From the NCBI GenBank assembly GCA_043228905.1, contig JBHGNT010000001.1, forward strand, positions 36,146,001 to 36,210,000: a DNA stretch of 64,000 bases, given 5' to 3'. The notes below the pieces were generated by a model. The model was not told where the DNA came from. It made no database searches and worked only from the letters and a program-made list of their open reading frames with translations. Source of the DNA: Azolla caroliniana. Its lineage: Eukaryota > Plantae > Polypodiophyta. Of the stretch, positions 1 to 19,619 are shown piece by piece; the first letter of the stretch is position 1, and the number at the start of each line of letters is the position of its first letter. The translations under genes and the position numbers were made by a program.

Positions 1-1041
1 ATCGATTTGAGATGTGGGGTGATGGAAAGCAAACGAGATCCTTCACATTCATCGACGAATGTGTCGAAGGTGTTTTGAGGTAATGTTCTAGTATGAGACA
101 ATATTGTGATCTAATGAGGAATTTGTTGGATCTAATGAACATAATGTGTAATAATGATTTAGGCTAACGAAATCAGACTTTAGAGAGCCGGTTAACATCG
201 GAAGTGATGAAATGGTGAGTATGAATGAGATGGCAGAGATTGTGTTGAGCTTTGACAACAAGAACTTGCCGATTCATCACATTCCTGGCCCAGAGGGTGT
301 TAGAGGCCGAAACTCCGACAACACATTGATCAAGGAAAAGTTAGGATGGGCCCCATCAATGAAGCTCAAGGTGAGAATTTGTATAAGCAAAGTGTCATCT
401 TGGTGTCAAAGATTTTTGTCTCATTGTTGTTGTGTCAAGTATTGTGTCAAGGTGAAAAACTAAGGAACCTCAATTACCCACCAACAGTAAATGATTTGTC
501 TGGATTTATATCCTTGTGATTCACAATTTTGATTAGAGTAACACTAGGCTCATATTTCTGCTTATTCGTAATGTTAAAAGGAGCCTTTTAAGTCCAAATG
601 ATTTAGCTGGATTTATGTAGTCTTAAATGGTGAAAATTCAAGCAATATTTGTGCTAATATCTCAATTTTCATAATTGTCATGTTATTTTGTGGAAGACTA
701 TTAAAAATATTGTATATTTCTAGATTTGGGTGAGAATTGTTTGCTCCAAAACCTGGAAAGATACCCATTCTAGGAAATTGTTCACTGTCATTTATTTTTC
801 GTGAATGTTGTTAATGAACCGAAGTTGAGGTTATATCTAATACTCTTCACATTCTTTTCTTGCTATGTCATTAATACAGGATGGTCTTAGATTTACTTAC
901 TTTTGGATCAAAGAACAAATCGAGAAGGAAAAAGCTCGAGGTGTTGATTTGGCCACCTACACTTCATCAAAAGTTGTGCAAACACAAGCCCCTGTTCAAT
1001 TGGGCTCTCTCCGGGCAGCAGATGGCAAAGAGGGATTGTGA
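1..1041 (+). CDS. GME: GDP-mannose 3',5'-epimerase, 3' part (exons <1-79, 163-370, 880-1041)
   Basis: Spliced translation over GT-AG introns gives RFEMWGDGKQTRSFTFIDECVEGVLR/LTKSDFREPVNIGSDEMVSMNEMAE...PGPEGVRGRNSDNTLIKEKLGW/DGLRFTYFWIKEQIEKEK...VQLGSLRAADGKEGL*, the plant GME C-terminus. The 5' part lies outside the window. Confidence 0.96.
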
Positions 1042-1598
1042 TCTAATTTGTGTAACATTGGAGTTTTCAAGAGGAATTGTGATCAAATGATGCATTAACT
1101 CAAATTTTTTATCATCTTTTGGTTAGGATTTTGGGGAGGTTTATCTGGGGTTTGGTTTAAATTTATGTCTTCTCTTAGTATAAGAACACATTTCACTCTA
1201 TTTTTCACTAATAAAGTCTGAAAGCTATCTAAGAATCCAGGAATCCACTTAGTCGAGACATCTCACATCAAGCATACTTTTATATCTAACCTGAGCTTTT
1301 GCAGCGTTCAATTTTCAATCAATTTTGTTTATGGAATTTCTGAAGTAAAAACTTGTGAACTTCTCATGATGATGCATTCAATGACTAAGTTTTCCTCTTT
1401 TGAGCTAAATTGTGGGGTTTAGCCAGCTTCTCCATATTCAATAAGATGAGTAGTATTCAAGTGACGTGCAATATTTGAAGGATATGAGAGCATGTCAGGT
1501 GTGGCAAAGAAAATATTTGATTTTCTATGGATAGAGTAAAATATTTGCCATAAGAGATGTACTACTCCAATATCCTTGAGGTAAGAAAAGGGGTGTAA

Positions 1599-3530
1599 TT
1601 GTCTGTTATTTCCCAGATTGGTTCTATTATTAAACTTTGTAAAGTATCTCCAAGATATTGCGATCTATGGAGGAGGATCATAGAGAAGATAGGAAAGGTT
1701 GCGTATAAGGTAGATTTTCCAACAAGTAGTCCATATTGTGTTTCATGTCAGCAGATTAAAGAAGTCTCTACTAGATTAATGTAGTTTGGATAGTTAATAT
1801 GAACTGTAGATTCCCGTTGTAGACTTAGGATCAGATTGTTGTTACTCCCCCCCCACCCCCCCACCCCCTTCCCCTGGACAACAATTGTAGGGTAGACATT
1901 CAAGAGGAAAATTTGAGGAATCTTTCTTTCCATCAAATTCTAGTCTCTCTGAAAATCTTTCCTTTGATGCTACTTCAAATGGGATGGTAGGTCAAATTTA
2001 AAGAATCTGGTAATAAGTTATGGAAGACATATTCAGACTTTGTCGTTGTGCACGTAATGCACTTCAGGGTGTGCTTGCCCACATATTGCAGTGGATATTC
2101 TCATCACTGATGCTATTGTTTAGGATCTGTTCTTCCTTCTTCTCTATGAGTAAGCGCTACCATTCACCCTCGTACTTTAATGGTGACAAATCTACACGGG
2201 TATTAACTCCCCTTGTAAGCAAAATTGATGGCGAAGGATATAGTTATAACTTATGGAGAGCCCTAACCAGAATGTAAAGAATTACATTCATTAGCAAATA
2301 AACCTAAGCTTCTTATACACTATTTTCTTTTGCTTGAATATTTGGATCTTCCAAAGATCTAAAATGTATAAAACTAATATTCATCAAGAATGACTACTAG
2401 ATGTGTCACGAGCATTTATATGCTTATTTAATACAACCCTGCAATAAATCGTATGAGCATAACCTAATGAAAAACAAACAAAAATTTAGGGACAACTAAT
2501 ATATGTACATCTACCAAATCTTCACCACAACCCCTAAATGACTCGTTCCATGCTTTGTCATTTGGGATACAAAAGGTTCACGCTTCTTTGAGCCATTATT
2601 CAATAAACATATTTCACAATCTAAAATGCAAATGCTCTTGAGCCTTGTCTTTAGAGAATTTGGAGAGCATTGATCTTAGTGAGAGAGTTTTGATATTCTC
2701 TCTCAAAGTTCTCATTTTTTAGGAGTCAAACAAACCCATGCAAGATCGTTGGTGATCACTCCTTCAATTATTAATCCTACCCCATCTTTTGTCAATCAAA
2801 CAATATGGTTGTCCAAATGAGGAAAACCTAAAAATGTGCATAAGGAGATGATTATAATTAACAAAATAAACATTGTGGTTGCCCATAAGATGCTCTGATA
2901 ATGATGAGAAGTTGAGTTTTTTGTGTAAGGACATCGTGGGCAACGTTCAAGTTCATAACTTGGGTTTGGAAGATGCCCAAGATGTAAACACAAACTTGGT
3001 TCATGTTCAATATCATTTTGCAAGCTGTAATATGCCATTTGTTGATTCTGGGCTTCATAACTACATCGATAAAAAATGGGTGAGACACTATCATTGGTTC
3101 CATTGATATTTAGTGTGCAATGACATAGTACACAAACCTCCATGGAGCACATTATCGAGCTTAGGTATCTCTTTGCAAGTGTTGGGCATGTTGACGCAAT
3201 TACATGTTTATTGTGTACTTACCTTTGTCGTGTATGGCACATGACACTAATTAGAACAACACACTATAGTGCACAACATATAAGACTAGTACAATGAGGA
3301 TTTGTGAACTTGTGGTTTGGATGGCAACTTGTTGATTGTAATAATGGGTGGATCAAATATTTATTAAATTGGGTCAATGTACATGTTTGACAAATATCCA
3401 AAGAGGTGAAAGTATTAGTACATATTGCAACCATGTACAATGTACTTGTATAAGCCAATCAAGAAATGGTGCTCCAAAAAGTGACTTGAGGCATGTGTTG
3501 GCAGTGTGTCGCACATGCACCACAATTTAA
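1599..3530. mobile_element. Degenerate Ty3/Gypsy integrase remnants
   Basis: Plus strand 1599-1784 reads KVSPRYC..RIIEKIGKVAYKVDFP, then frameshifted VFHVSRLKK (GPY/F-type integrase tail). Minus strand has a DFIAGL-like fragment near 2430-2460 and a G-rich PPT-like tract at about 1847-1875. Many stops; boundaries are approximate. Confidence 0.5.
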
Positions 3531-4483
3531 CTAGTCGTGTGCCCATGTTTCTTTGTTGAGGTGATCCTAACTTTTATCACTCAAAAACCTCCACTAGGGT
3601 TATATAATATGTTACACATAAATAAAGCTTTGCATTTGCAATTTACACATTGATTGATATGCATGTGTGATATTTATGTAAGGAAAAACAACTTAATGGA
3701 TGTTTTAGAGGTATAGAAGCATTATCTAGTGTGTCATGTCAAAGCAAGTAGTACACATCCTAGTGAAATAAACATGTCTCCATTATGTTAAATACTTAAT
3801 ATTCAATCCATAGTATGCAAGCAATTAAGGATGTGTGAAGTATTCGTGGTTAAATTGGTTTCGCTTTTTTCGAGTTAAAAAAATGTCCTAATTGACAACG
3901 AATAATCTATTCGAGAAGAAGTATATGGCGGTTACTTAATTAACATGCATGTAATGCACCAACAATTGGTTGCTTGAGTTATGATGGGTACACCATGTTA
4001 TATGGACTTAAGAGTCTGGATGTAGCATGATCTATTAAGCATTTTAACATGCACATATCGTATAATAAGCCTATCGCGAGATTAAACTCTAATTGGCCAT
4101 CTCATTGAAGTGGAGTATTGAACTATGTAACTAGAATCTAACAATAAATCCAATGCAATATGGAAAATCTAAACAATATCTAGTGAAGTGACATAAGCAA
4201 AACCCCACGAAAGTAACGAGCAAGAGATAAATGTGTTAATCAAGTCATTGAATCCTAATAGTGTATAATTGTACAATGTGAATGAAAATGTTCGATATTG
4301 TACATATATGGACATTCAACCTCTATATTTGGTAGTGTTGTTAAGGAAGTAATAGTAGTGACGAGGAATAGAAAGTAATTTGGAAGAAAGCGAACTAAAG
4401 TCAGGGATAGATTTGTAATTCTAGAACAACTAAAGACGAGGAGAGGCACAGTCTCTAGGCACACACACTCTCTCTCAGAGTTA

Positions 4484-4518
4484 TTTCTAGATTCTTCTAG
4501 AGCTCTCTAAAACCCTAA
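4484..4518 (+). promoter_or_regulatory. HSE-like array and telo-box upstream of CPN60
   Basis: tTTCt-aGATt-cTTCt-aGAGc alternating imperfect nTTCn/nGAAn pentamers, then AAACCCTAA at 4510-4518, about 190 bp upstream of the ATG. Confidence 0.5.
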
Positions 4519-4706
4519 CCCCTTCGCCTGGTGCAGAACCTGCCTTTTTCTCTCCCTTGTCATTCTTCATTCGTCAACTTCGCAGTCATCATTATACGCA
4601 TCAAAATCTTTCTCTCTCTCTCTCTCTCTGACGCGCCACCATCGATCAGTAGAGGCCTTCTTCTTCTTCTCCTCCTTCTTCTTCTTCTTCGTCTACAGCA
4701 GCTAAT

Positions 4707-10139
<5,433 letters not shown>

Positions 10140-12740
10140 ACTTCTTGTAGACTGTCATTTCCTACTTGGCTGATCTTGATTACTACACAATTTCCTTGTT
10201 TTGTTTTGTAGCATTTCGATGCCAAAAATTGCATCAATTTTTATTACCCCTTTTTTGAAATGCTATAAATTTGAAGATTGTGCTGAATTGTCTTCAGTGC
10301 GGTCGGTCGTTTGAAAAACAGATAGTTTGGATAATGAGCTCAGCATCCCCTATTGGGGAATGTAGCCACATTTTTCCATGAGCTAAACAGAAACCTGTTT
10401 TTGGCATAGAGAAGTGTAGTTTGAGAAGAAAAATATTTTTGTAAACAATTAGTGCATACCTTGTAATGACTCTGGAGGGTTAATAGTAACATGGAAATAA
10501 AAACTCAAGTCAGGAAATTCTTTTATAATTTAGTTTTGTGTGTTCTATCCTAATTCAGAGGTTTGATTTGTAGGCGTAATCTGAATATTATTAGGCTTCA
10601 TTATGTCACTTCATTTAAACGTTGTGAAGATGAATGTTAAGAATCACATGTATCTAATGGAATTAGTTAGTTGGCTCGTCATTGATTTTAGTTACCCTTT
10701 ACAAGACAGAATGAAAAGTGTATGGATTTGTTGTTGGATCTTGTAACGGATCTGTGACATCCGTGCTGGTGGTATCTGGATTATGAGGCACTTCTAATAG
10801 GCCATGAAGGAATGACGAAACAATGTGGTGATAATACATCCCATGAGTAAGGACATATTAAAATTCTCAACTTTCTTGGACATTCTAGATATGAGTACAT
10901 AAGCGTCCTGTACTTAGAAGTGCAAAGACAACATGAATAAATGTACTTAGAGCAGTAGTAAACACTTGATACGTACAACAAAATGTGATGCCCCCTTCGT
11001 TGATTCATGAGTCTGAAATTGTTCGGCTACTTTATACCCTTCATACTTAATGCCACTATGTTTTCCGATTTGTTCAAGCTCATTGTTTCACACTGAACAT
11101 TATAGTCTTTTCAAAAGCAGACTAATCAAACGAAGGGGATAAATCTAATGTTGATGTAGGTAGACTTTGTCAATATCCACTCAAATAACAAATTAATAAT
11201 GATTTGCAACTTTGATTTGCACCGTAAGAATTATAACAAATTAATAATGTAATGAATGTCCAATGCAGTGCATGCCATTTGCTGCCTGAGTTGGACAAAT
11301 CGGTAGCAAGGATGATTCGAACAAGAGAAGCCGAGTAACATTAACAAGATGTACAAGAAAGAATTAACACCGTGAACAAGTACATACATAATCTTTTGAG
11401 AACAAGTCTTAGTTAAAGTCAAAAAAGAATTTCTTCGTCACATCTCATACTTGGAATGAAGGTAGCCGGACAATATAAATACATACACAACCCTTGCAAT
11501 GTGTGAACGCAGAAACCCTAGAAAACCTGCAACATACATATTGTGCAGACTGCCATGTTACAGCCATGGCCATCGACGCTCTTCATTGGCCAAATTCAGA
11601 ATACGAAGATAACTGGGTTTCCTTCTTTACGTCTGCTGTGGAGGTTCACTCATTACATACCTTCATAGCTCTAGCCAGCAACCCGCACATCAGACTCTCT
11701 TTGATGATAATCACCATGGCTTCTTCTCTCTCCCTGAAGCTCTGTGGTACACTTGCATCCATACATTTCTCCTATCGCTGTCACGGTCTTATAGTTGTCT
11801 GTTTTGTGTTCTTGTTGTTTTCCGACCCGAGTTTCTAACTATCCAGATCTCAAAATCCTTCATTTGAGATATGGCTGAAGAGCTCGTACATCTGTTTTTG
11901 TGATGAAACTTCGTACCGCAAATTGCTTCTCATTCCACTTTTGTGTTGAAGCCCACGATTTCATCACGAAATCAGCTCGTTTGTTCATCTCCAGTTTTTT
12001 TTCAGTCCTAATTTTTTGTCGTAAGAAACTATGAACCTAGCGAAGCCTTCACGGATAGCCTTTCTAATTTGATGACCATTTTAAGGAATTAGAATAGTTA
12101 TCTGGTGAGAATGAAGGTTAGTATGCTACCGATGCATGAATAAGCGTTCTTCGACCTGTGATTATTCTATCAAGCAACTCAACGCAGAAGGCAAACCCAG
12201 CGTCGTTTATGTTGGGTTGCCTATTCTACGATCGATTTGCAGTCCGTTGGAATGTTGGAGACGAGTTGAACTGTATGTATATGCGCAATTAAGGTGAAAT
12301 GTGAATCTTTGTTAGCTAAAGATAAATGGAAACGACCTTCCGCATCATTTTGTAGAATATCTCGTGTGGACCTATTGTGAGGTCCATATGAGTCAACGAT
12401 GGCTGTTGATTAGAGCTAGTGGAGAAAAAGCAACATAATCAAAGTGAATTAAAATGTTCCAATGTCGTTATCTCGTCGATTTGAGACATGAATGTGATGA
12501 TTTGAATTTTACGGCGTGTTCGAAGTTTCCTATCGGTTACAAAGGTGTCCGTGATTGGAGAAGAAGAGCAATGCAATGTGTGCGTTGGTCCCTAATTGGA
12601 GACGAAGAATATTACAGGAAAATCGCATTTTCCTCGTCCAAGAACTAGAAGCTGTGGCATGTAATGTAGATCGCCCGTCTGTGGTTGTAACATTAAGTTG
12701 AAAGATAAACATTTTCAGCAAATTATTGCCATTTTCCCTC

Positions 12741-12959
12741 CAATTATTCTTTGTTCATTTAACGTCATTGTAACTTGTAAGGTAAACTTGAATAGATTGT
12801 TATGTGCTGATTCCGCGGATCTTCTATTAATTCTCTCTGGATGTATGTAACCAATTATTCTTCATTCATTCAACGTCATTGTAATTTATAAGGTAACCTT
12901 GAAAAGTTTGTTATGTGTTGATTCCGTGGATCTTCTCTAAATTCTCTCTGGATGTATGT
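12741..12959. repeat. Diverged tandem duplication, about 111 bp x2
   Basis: caattattct...ttctctctggatgtatgt occurs at 12741-12848 and 12852-12959. Confidence 0.85.
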
Positions 12960-13826
12960 CACATGCAATTTACAATGGAAGTGATGTTCATTTTGGAATG
13001 TGATATCCGACTTATTACCAGTGAGAGTACAAAAAATAGAGTTTGTGTCTTTTGTATGTTATCGTGTCGTGTGATGAGGTATATTATTATCTGACACGCA
13101 CAGATAAGATTCCGTATGACCCGGGACCAACGCCTGTGTATCGGTTAATTAAATCGTGTGAAGTGAGGATGGCATATTCTTTATAATTAATATTATTATC
13201 TGTTTGTTTTGGCGGCAGCAGAGTGGATTGAACGGGATGCAACCACATATTTAACAGTATGTCATGTAGAGAACTAAAATAAGATAAAGAGCCAGACTTA
13301 GCAGAGCACCAACGATCTCGAAAGTGATAGTGTAATAATTAATTAATGGGTGGGCTTAAAAATGGCTTTTGAGGCACGTTTATTGCCCCTTCCAAACTAA
13401 ATGATGATGTTCTGAAACTGCATGCTTTTCATTGAAGAGGACTGTAATTAACCCAGAGATTTGTTTAAAGTGAATGAATGTCTTCAAAAGTTATCGGTCG
13501 TAATGTATATTGGAGGGCCATTCTTATTTATAGCTTAAATTGGGTTCGGTTGGCTTCCAAGAAAACACATCTTTTGAGAGGGGGGTGTCCAAAAGAGTTG
13601 GTTCTGAAAAACACATGTAGTTTTTCGAAGCCGGGCTTTTTCTCGTTTAGTGGGTCATTGTGGCCAAAGATGTTGGGTAAGGAATAAACTTTTGAAATGG
13701 AAGCAAAGCATGAAGTGAAGAAGAGATTCCCCTTTTTGTTATCGTGGAGAAATGGATATATATTTAAGGGAATGCGCACGGATTTTGGGCGCCCGAAATA
13801 CCCATCGCAAAGGCTAGGAGGAAGAG

Positions 13827-16104
13827 ATGGCTGCCGAGGAAGGGAAGGATATGGAGAGGGATAGTAGAATGGAGAGGTGGATGATGGTTGGGGATGTGTG
13901 TTTACGTGCCGGAGCTTCTCTTCTTTGCCTCATCTCCCTCGCTCTCATTGCGGCCGACTCCTTGCCCGGCTTCATCACGTTCCGGAATCTTCCACCATTT
14001 TGGTATATCTTACGATCTCGCTTTTCTCTTCTCTTGATTGGAATGTGTGCTATGGGGACGCTAGGTTATAGGTAGAGTTATGTGCTCCTCATGTCTCTAC
14101 CATTATTATTTTGGGGTTGAATCAAGTCATTCATCTTAATAAAGAAACAATAGCGACATTTGCGAAATGTAAAGAAAAATTCAAGCATATTCGAGAGGTT
14201 TCCCTAAAAACCATTCAAGGCTTCCATGTTTTGTATTGTCTCTTTTCTCAAAGCTTAACCTTAGAATGTTTGGCTATCCTCATAAGATATAATTCTATGC
14301 ATTTGTAGGTCTGTTGTGTCTAGAAACCTTCTAAGTATCCTACTTTGGATAAGAATGTTGGAAAACCAGATTGCCATTGAATTTAACCAACAACCTTAAA
14401 TCTTTACTAGTAAATCATCTCATAACTAGTAAATCATCCAATTTCACTCTCATAACTAATGAAACTATAGGAGACAACATTTTCAATCTCACAACTAATG
14501 AAACTACTTAGGACATAACCTCATGTTGTTGTTCATGGTTGTATGTCACACATACCAAGTTTGTGATAGTACATTGGTTTTTATTTATTAGGATGCTATT
14601 TATTATATGTCACAGAAAACATATTCACTATTTTTTACTCTTGTTTGGTTTTGTTCTCTTTCTCACACATGGCACATCACGATGTCTATCCAGGAGTTTA
14701 GTATACTAAGAACACACAAATGACACAAACTATTATCCCTAATGTGCATTCAAACACCATAAGTTATAACATGAACAATGTACAAGAATAGCTCCAAGGC
14801 AACATAGACATGACTCTTTGATTTTGCTAAACATATATTTTTTATGGTTTATAAACTCCATTGTACAAGAATATGGAATGAAGTGTTTTGTTGTTTATAC
14901 TTCAAATGGGTATAAAGAGTCGCTTGAATTCATTCATTAATACTTTTGCTTTTGATGGTTCTGAAATGTGAACATGTTGATGCTCAAAGGAATGCTCCTA
15001 TAGTAACCACGTGCTATCAATTACTATTATATAGTTAAATAGTAAAAAATTTGCATTTTCTTGGGATTATCGCTCTGTAGCTAAACTACAAAATTTGCGC
15101 GGTTGCTCCAATTATTCTAAAATTGACGACATTGAGGTTCCTTCTCTTCCTTGCGTACCACTCTCTTTGTTTATATAGTAGAGCGCATGACAACTTTTTG
15201 GCCTAACCTAATTTGTCAATTCACAACTAACCTTATTTCTTTTCTTTCTTTCGATTAACAATAATATTATCAATTGTGATATTTGTTGTTGCAGCTACTT
15301 ATTGGCAGTGGGAGTGTTCGTTTGCAGTTATTCAGCATTACAAACAACATTGGCTGCACATCGCCTTGTTGGACGTCCATTTCACTATCATACATATCAT
15401 CACCATGTTTGCCTCATAATGGACATTGTAAATCTCATCTCAATGGGATACTAATTCTCATTTCATTGTACAACATTGTCTTTTTTATCTGTTTCAGTAC
15501 TCTTTTCCTAGTTGGGCACTACAAAAGAGTTAAAATATGTATACATAGTGCCATATGCAATGTATGTGTGTGTGTATGCGCACATTTGTGCAATCTATTC
15601 TTTTTATTAAAAACTAGTTATGCATAGAAATACGAGGCTCCCACTAGAAGAAAGAAGGGACACTAACATTATCAAGCTTTTTTTAAAAAGTGAAGAATAT
15701 TATTTTTGAGAATCAAGCTAAAGAATCAGTTTATTTCATATTTAGTGTAACACCCAAGTCCCCAACATTGTAATTTTTACCCAATGACATATTTCAAAAC
15801 CTTTTCAATGCATGAATCTCTGCTTTTGGAATGAAGGGGGCATATCCTTAACAATTTATTCAATGTCCTAAACAACTTATTCACAATTTTGTTGACTTTC
15901 GTTTTCCTCCAGTTATGTGCAATATTGTTGGTGTCTGCGAGCTCTGCAGTATTGGGAGTAACCACCATCAACTATGTATCTGGGGATGGTAAAAGTTTTA
16001 TGAACCAAGCAAATGCATCTGTTGGTCTTGCCCTTGTTTCATTTGTTTTACTTGCTGCCTCAACTACTTTATGTGTTCACCGATTGAGACACCAGTTGCC
16101 ATGA
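13827..16104 (+). CDS. CASP-like (CASPL/DUF588) four-transmembrane protein, about 166 aa (exons 13827-14002, 15295-15427, 15913-16104)
   Basis: Three-exon in-frame model (501 nt): CLRAGASLLCLISLALIAAD..F..F(C)YLLAVGVFVCSYSALQ..MDI/LCAILLVSASSA..F.NQANASVGLALVSFVLLAAST. This is the typical CASPL helix pattern and intron placement. Confidence 0.85.
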
Positions 16105-17212
16105 TCAATGTGTGTCTTTTGTAAATTCATTAGATGAGGATGATGGTTTGATTGAATATAATAGATACACTCATATGTTCATAGTTCCAATGTCTGTATA
16201 TAAAGGTACTTCTAAAATGTTCACACCATGTTGATAATATTCGTTTCCACAAATATGGAACTTTCTCTATTATTGGTTTGATTCTTTAGTATGAAAGAGG
16301 TAATATGCAATGACCCATCTAATGAACAAACAATAAAACCGTATTTCTCCACACTTAGGCATAGGTCCTCTTGTTTGTGAAAGTAATACATACATATTTT
16401 TAAAACAACACAATATTTAAAACCCTTTTGATGTAATAGGGTAAACCCTTTGAGATTGTGGTAAGAGTATATGACAAAACTTAGCTCCACTAGGATTTAG
16501 GAACTCGGTATGCTACATAGCTTTGTTGCAAAGGCCCCCGAATCAAGTTCCGTAAGCAACCCATGTATATTTTGTGATTCCCTCAAACGAAGACCGATTT
16601 TCTCATATCACAGCCAACCTAATACCTAAGGCTATCAAGAATCACCCCATGTGATGGAAAGATTTAAGTTTGGGCCACTTAATTGAAAGAACTATTGTAA
16701 ACAAGAAAAATACGATATATCAATGCCCATATCCATGATCTAATGACCTAAATAGCTTTGCTAACTTTGGGAGTGTAAGGAACATGGGATAGGTATCATT
16801 CGTCAAGCATTGTAAAGAAAAAGCATGTCCCACTATGTGAAACATTTGGACATTTAAAAGTTAATAGAAGCTTCGAATCTCTCATGAAATGAACAAAAAG
16901 GAAGAAGATAAAAGTAATTGCAACAGAACTCAATGCCATTCTTGGAGGATGGACTTACTAGGAGCAAAGCTTAAAAGTTTCCATATCAATAGACACCAAG
17001 AGAATATGGCAGCATCAATAGAGCGCAAAAAAGAGAGGAAAGAAGCTACTCGAATGGTGCAAAAGGTCCTCTGCTTCATCATTGCAATGATATTGTTCAA
17101 TTGTTGCTTGCCAATTTTATCATAGTACATAAAAAAGCCACTTGACTTACCCCATAATCATTCATTCTATGTTTCACAAATGTTATACAAGATACAATAG
17201 CAGAATATGGCA

Positions 17213-18136
17213 TGCACTGTTTTGTTTATTACTTCAAAAGTGGGTACAATCATCATGTTTGAACCATTTCCATCACCTTTCCTAATGTTAATACTACATA
17301 TGGTGGCTATATTATGACAATAATAAAATCTACATGGCCGAAAAAACTATGATAAGATGGCAATTGTCACATGAATGGACCTAGTTTGCATTGTAATTGT
17401 CTCTAGCAACATTCCAAGGGAGTGTTTTTCAAGTATGAATTGATGTAGGCATTCTAAAGTTAGTGGTCAACAAATAATTTGACAACAAGACAACCCACCG
17501 TTGGCCTAACAGCGGTGGGTTGTCTTGCACTGTTTTGTTTATTACTTCAAAAGTGGGTACAATCATCATGTTTGAAACATTTCCATCACCTTTCCCAATG
17601 TTATACTACATATGGTGGCTATATTATGACAATAATAAAATCTACACGGCTGAAAAAACTATGATAAGATAACAATTGTCACATGAATGGACCTAAGTTT
17701 GCATTGTAATTGTCACTAGCAACATTCCAAGGGAGTGTTTTTCAAGTATGAATTGATGTAGGCATTCTAAAGTTAGTGGTCAACAAATAATTTGACAACA
17801 AGACAACCCACCGTTGGCCTAACAGCGGTGGGTTGTCTTGCACTGTTTTGTTTATTACTTCAAAAGTGGGTACAATCACCATGTTTGAAACATTTCCATC
17901 ACCTTTCCCAATGTTATACTACATATGGTGGCTATATTATGACAATAATAAAATCTACACGGCTGAAAAAACTATGATAAGATGGCAATTGTCACATGAA
18001 TGGACCTAAGTTTGCATTGTAATTGTCACTAGCAACATTCCAAGGGAGTGTTTTTCAAGTATGAATTGATGTAGGCATTCTAAAGTTAGTGGTCAACAAA
18101 TAATTTGACAACAAGACAACCCACCGTTTGCCTAAC
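17213..18136. repeat. 313-bp tandem repeat, about 3 near-identical copies
   Basis: Units start tgcactgttttg at 17213, 17526 and 17839; the near-identical 61-aa ORFs at 17479 and 17792 are 313 bp apart. Confidence 0.95.
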
Positions 18137-19160
18137 TAGAATTGCCCTAAAATGGTCAGTTGAAAGAAAAGGCAATATGTTGCTGAGTGTTTCACCGTAA
18201 AATAGTTCCGTTTGAACAGCAGTTTCTGTCATCTTTACTGACAAGCTAGCACATAGTAAGTTGAACATGATGTTTATTCTTTTGATGAGCAAATGATTTT
18301 TGAACATGCACAAGTTCAACCAAGCTGTAGCAACACATCTTTCAACTAATCAAGCTGACACATTTCAACATGTGGCATCAACAACTCGACTTGAAAGTTT
18401 GATGGTTGAAATGCCAATACTACATCGCACCCAATTGTCCGAGGCTAGAGATCAATATACTGTTCATAAAACATGTAAGGGACTCATGGGATGACCATTC
18501 TAACAGCTAAGAGTAATTAATTCATGGCCATGCCAGAGACATGCATGTCAATGAGGTCATCCCATACATTTTGTAGCTTTACTCATAAATTCTTACAATT
18601 ACAATTTTCATTTTACTTCTAAATTTATAATTATCACAACCATACTCATTGTCAATACCAGATCAAAGAGAGCAGAACTTCTCATATACATCACAGCTTA
18701 TCACAAGAAAATGCATCCACAGTTTTCTCCACTATTAATCAATGATCAACGAGAAGAAAATGTACCATAAGCTTATCACAAGAGAATGCATCTACAACAA
18801 TTGATCAATGATCAAAAAACACAAACATGTATCAGAAACAGAGCTATCATCAGAAAATGTATTTATGGTTTTTTCCACTATTTATAATCTATGTTACATG
18901 AAAATACTAATCGTCCATGATGCATTTTGCATCCAAAACGACAGGTTTATGACGGTTCTCAGCATCGAACAAAAAAATCTTGGAAAATTTCCTAACGCTC
19001 TCCTATGAGGGTTCTGAACATTGAACATTTCCTAACTTTCTATTTAGGAGGATGTATCTAGAATACATGAAGGCATCTTGTGAATGATTGTGTGTGCGGG
19101 CACACATGCATGCAACTAGGTGTTTATAAATAAGACAGCTCGACTCATTCTATCACGGGA

Positions 19161-19315
19161 TAATACGCTCTAATAGCATTTAATAATGTGCCAGTAACTG
19201 CACCCATCGTGTCGTTAATAGCACAATCAATGCATCAGATAATAAGCTCTAATAGCATTTAATAATGTGCCATTAACTGCACAAATTGTGTCGTTAATAG
19301 CACAATCAATGCATA
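19161..19315. repeat. Tandem duplication, about 79 bp x2
   Basis: gctctaatagcatttaataatgtgcca...gtgtcgttaatagcacaatcaatgcat is repeated. Confidence 0.85.
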
Positions 19316-19619
19316 ACACAATCTTCCATTATGATGCATCATAAGCACACTCAAACACACCATTATACATTAACCATGCTTTTAACACAATCATATGCAG
19401 GATATTCACAGGTAGAAACATTCCAATAACATATGCATTTCCCAAAAACTCGATGAATAACAATACGGTAGCACTAAACCTCACTGCAGCACAACCTCTT
19501 GGTCAAATCTTACCAATCTAGCATAGTTGCTACTCACACCTCCATTTGAGACCATAATACATAGCAAGTTTACAAATAAAACAAGAAAGTTGATTTTACA
19601 TCGGATTCACCAGTCAAAA

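Noticed and set aside
11230-12700. Coding-like intergenic stretch with a possible SWIM-like CxxC..CxH fragment on the minus strand
   Set aside because: No sustained frame or recognisable family by eye; needs BLASTX.
17479-17977. Twin 61-aa ORFs (MTTRQPTVG..) as a peptide gene pair
   Set aside because: TTG starts, no recognisable motif; by-products of the 313-bp repeat.
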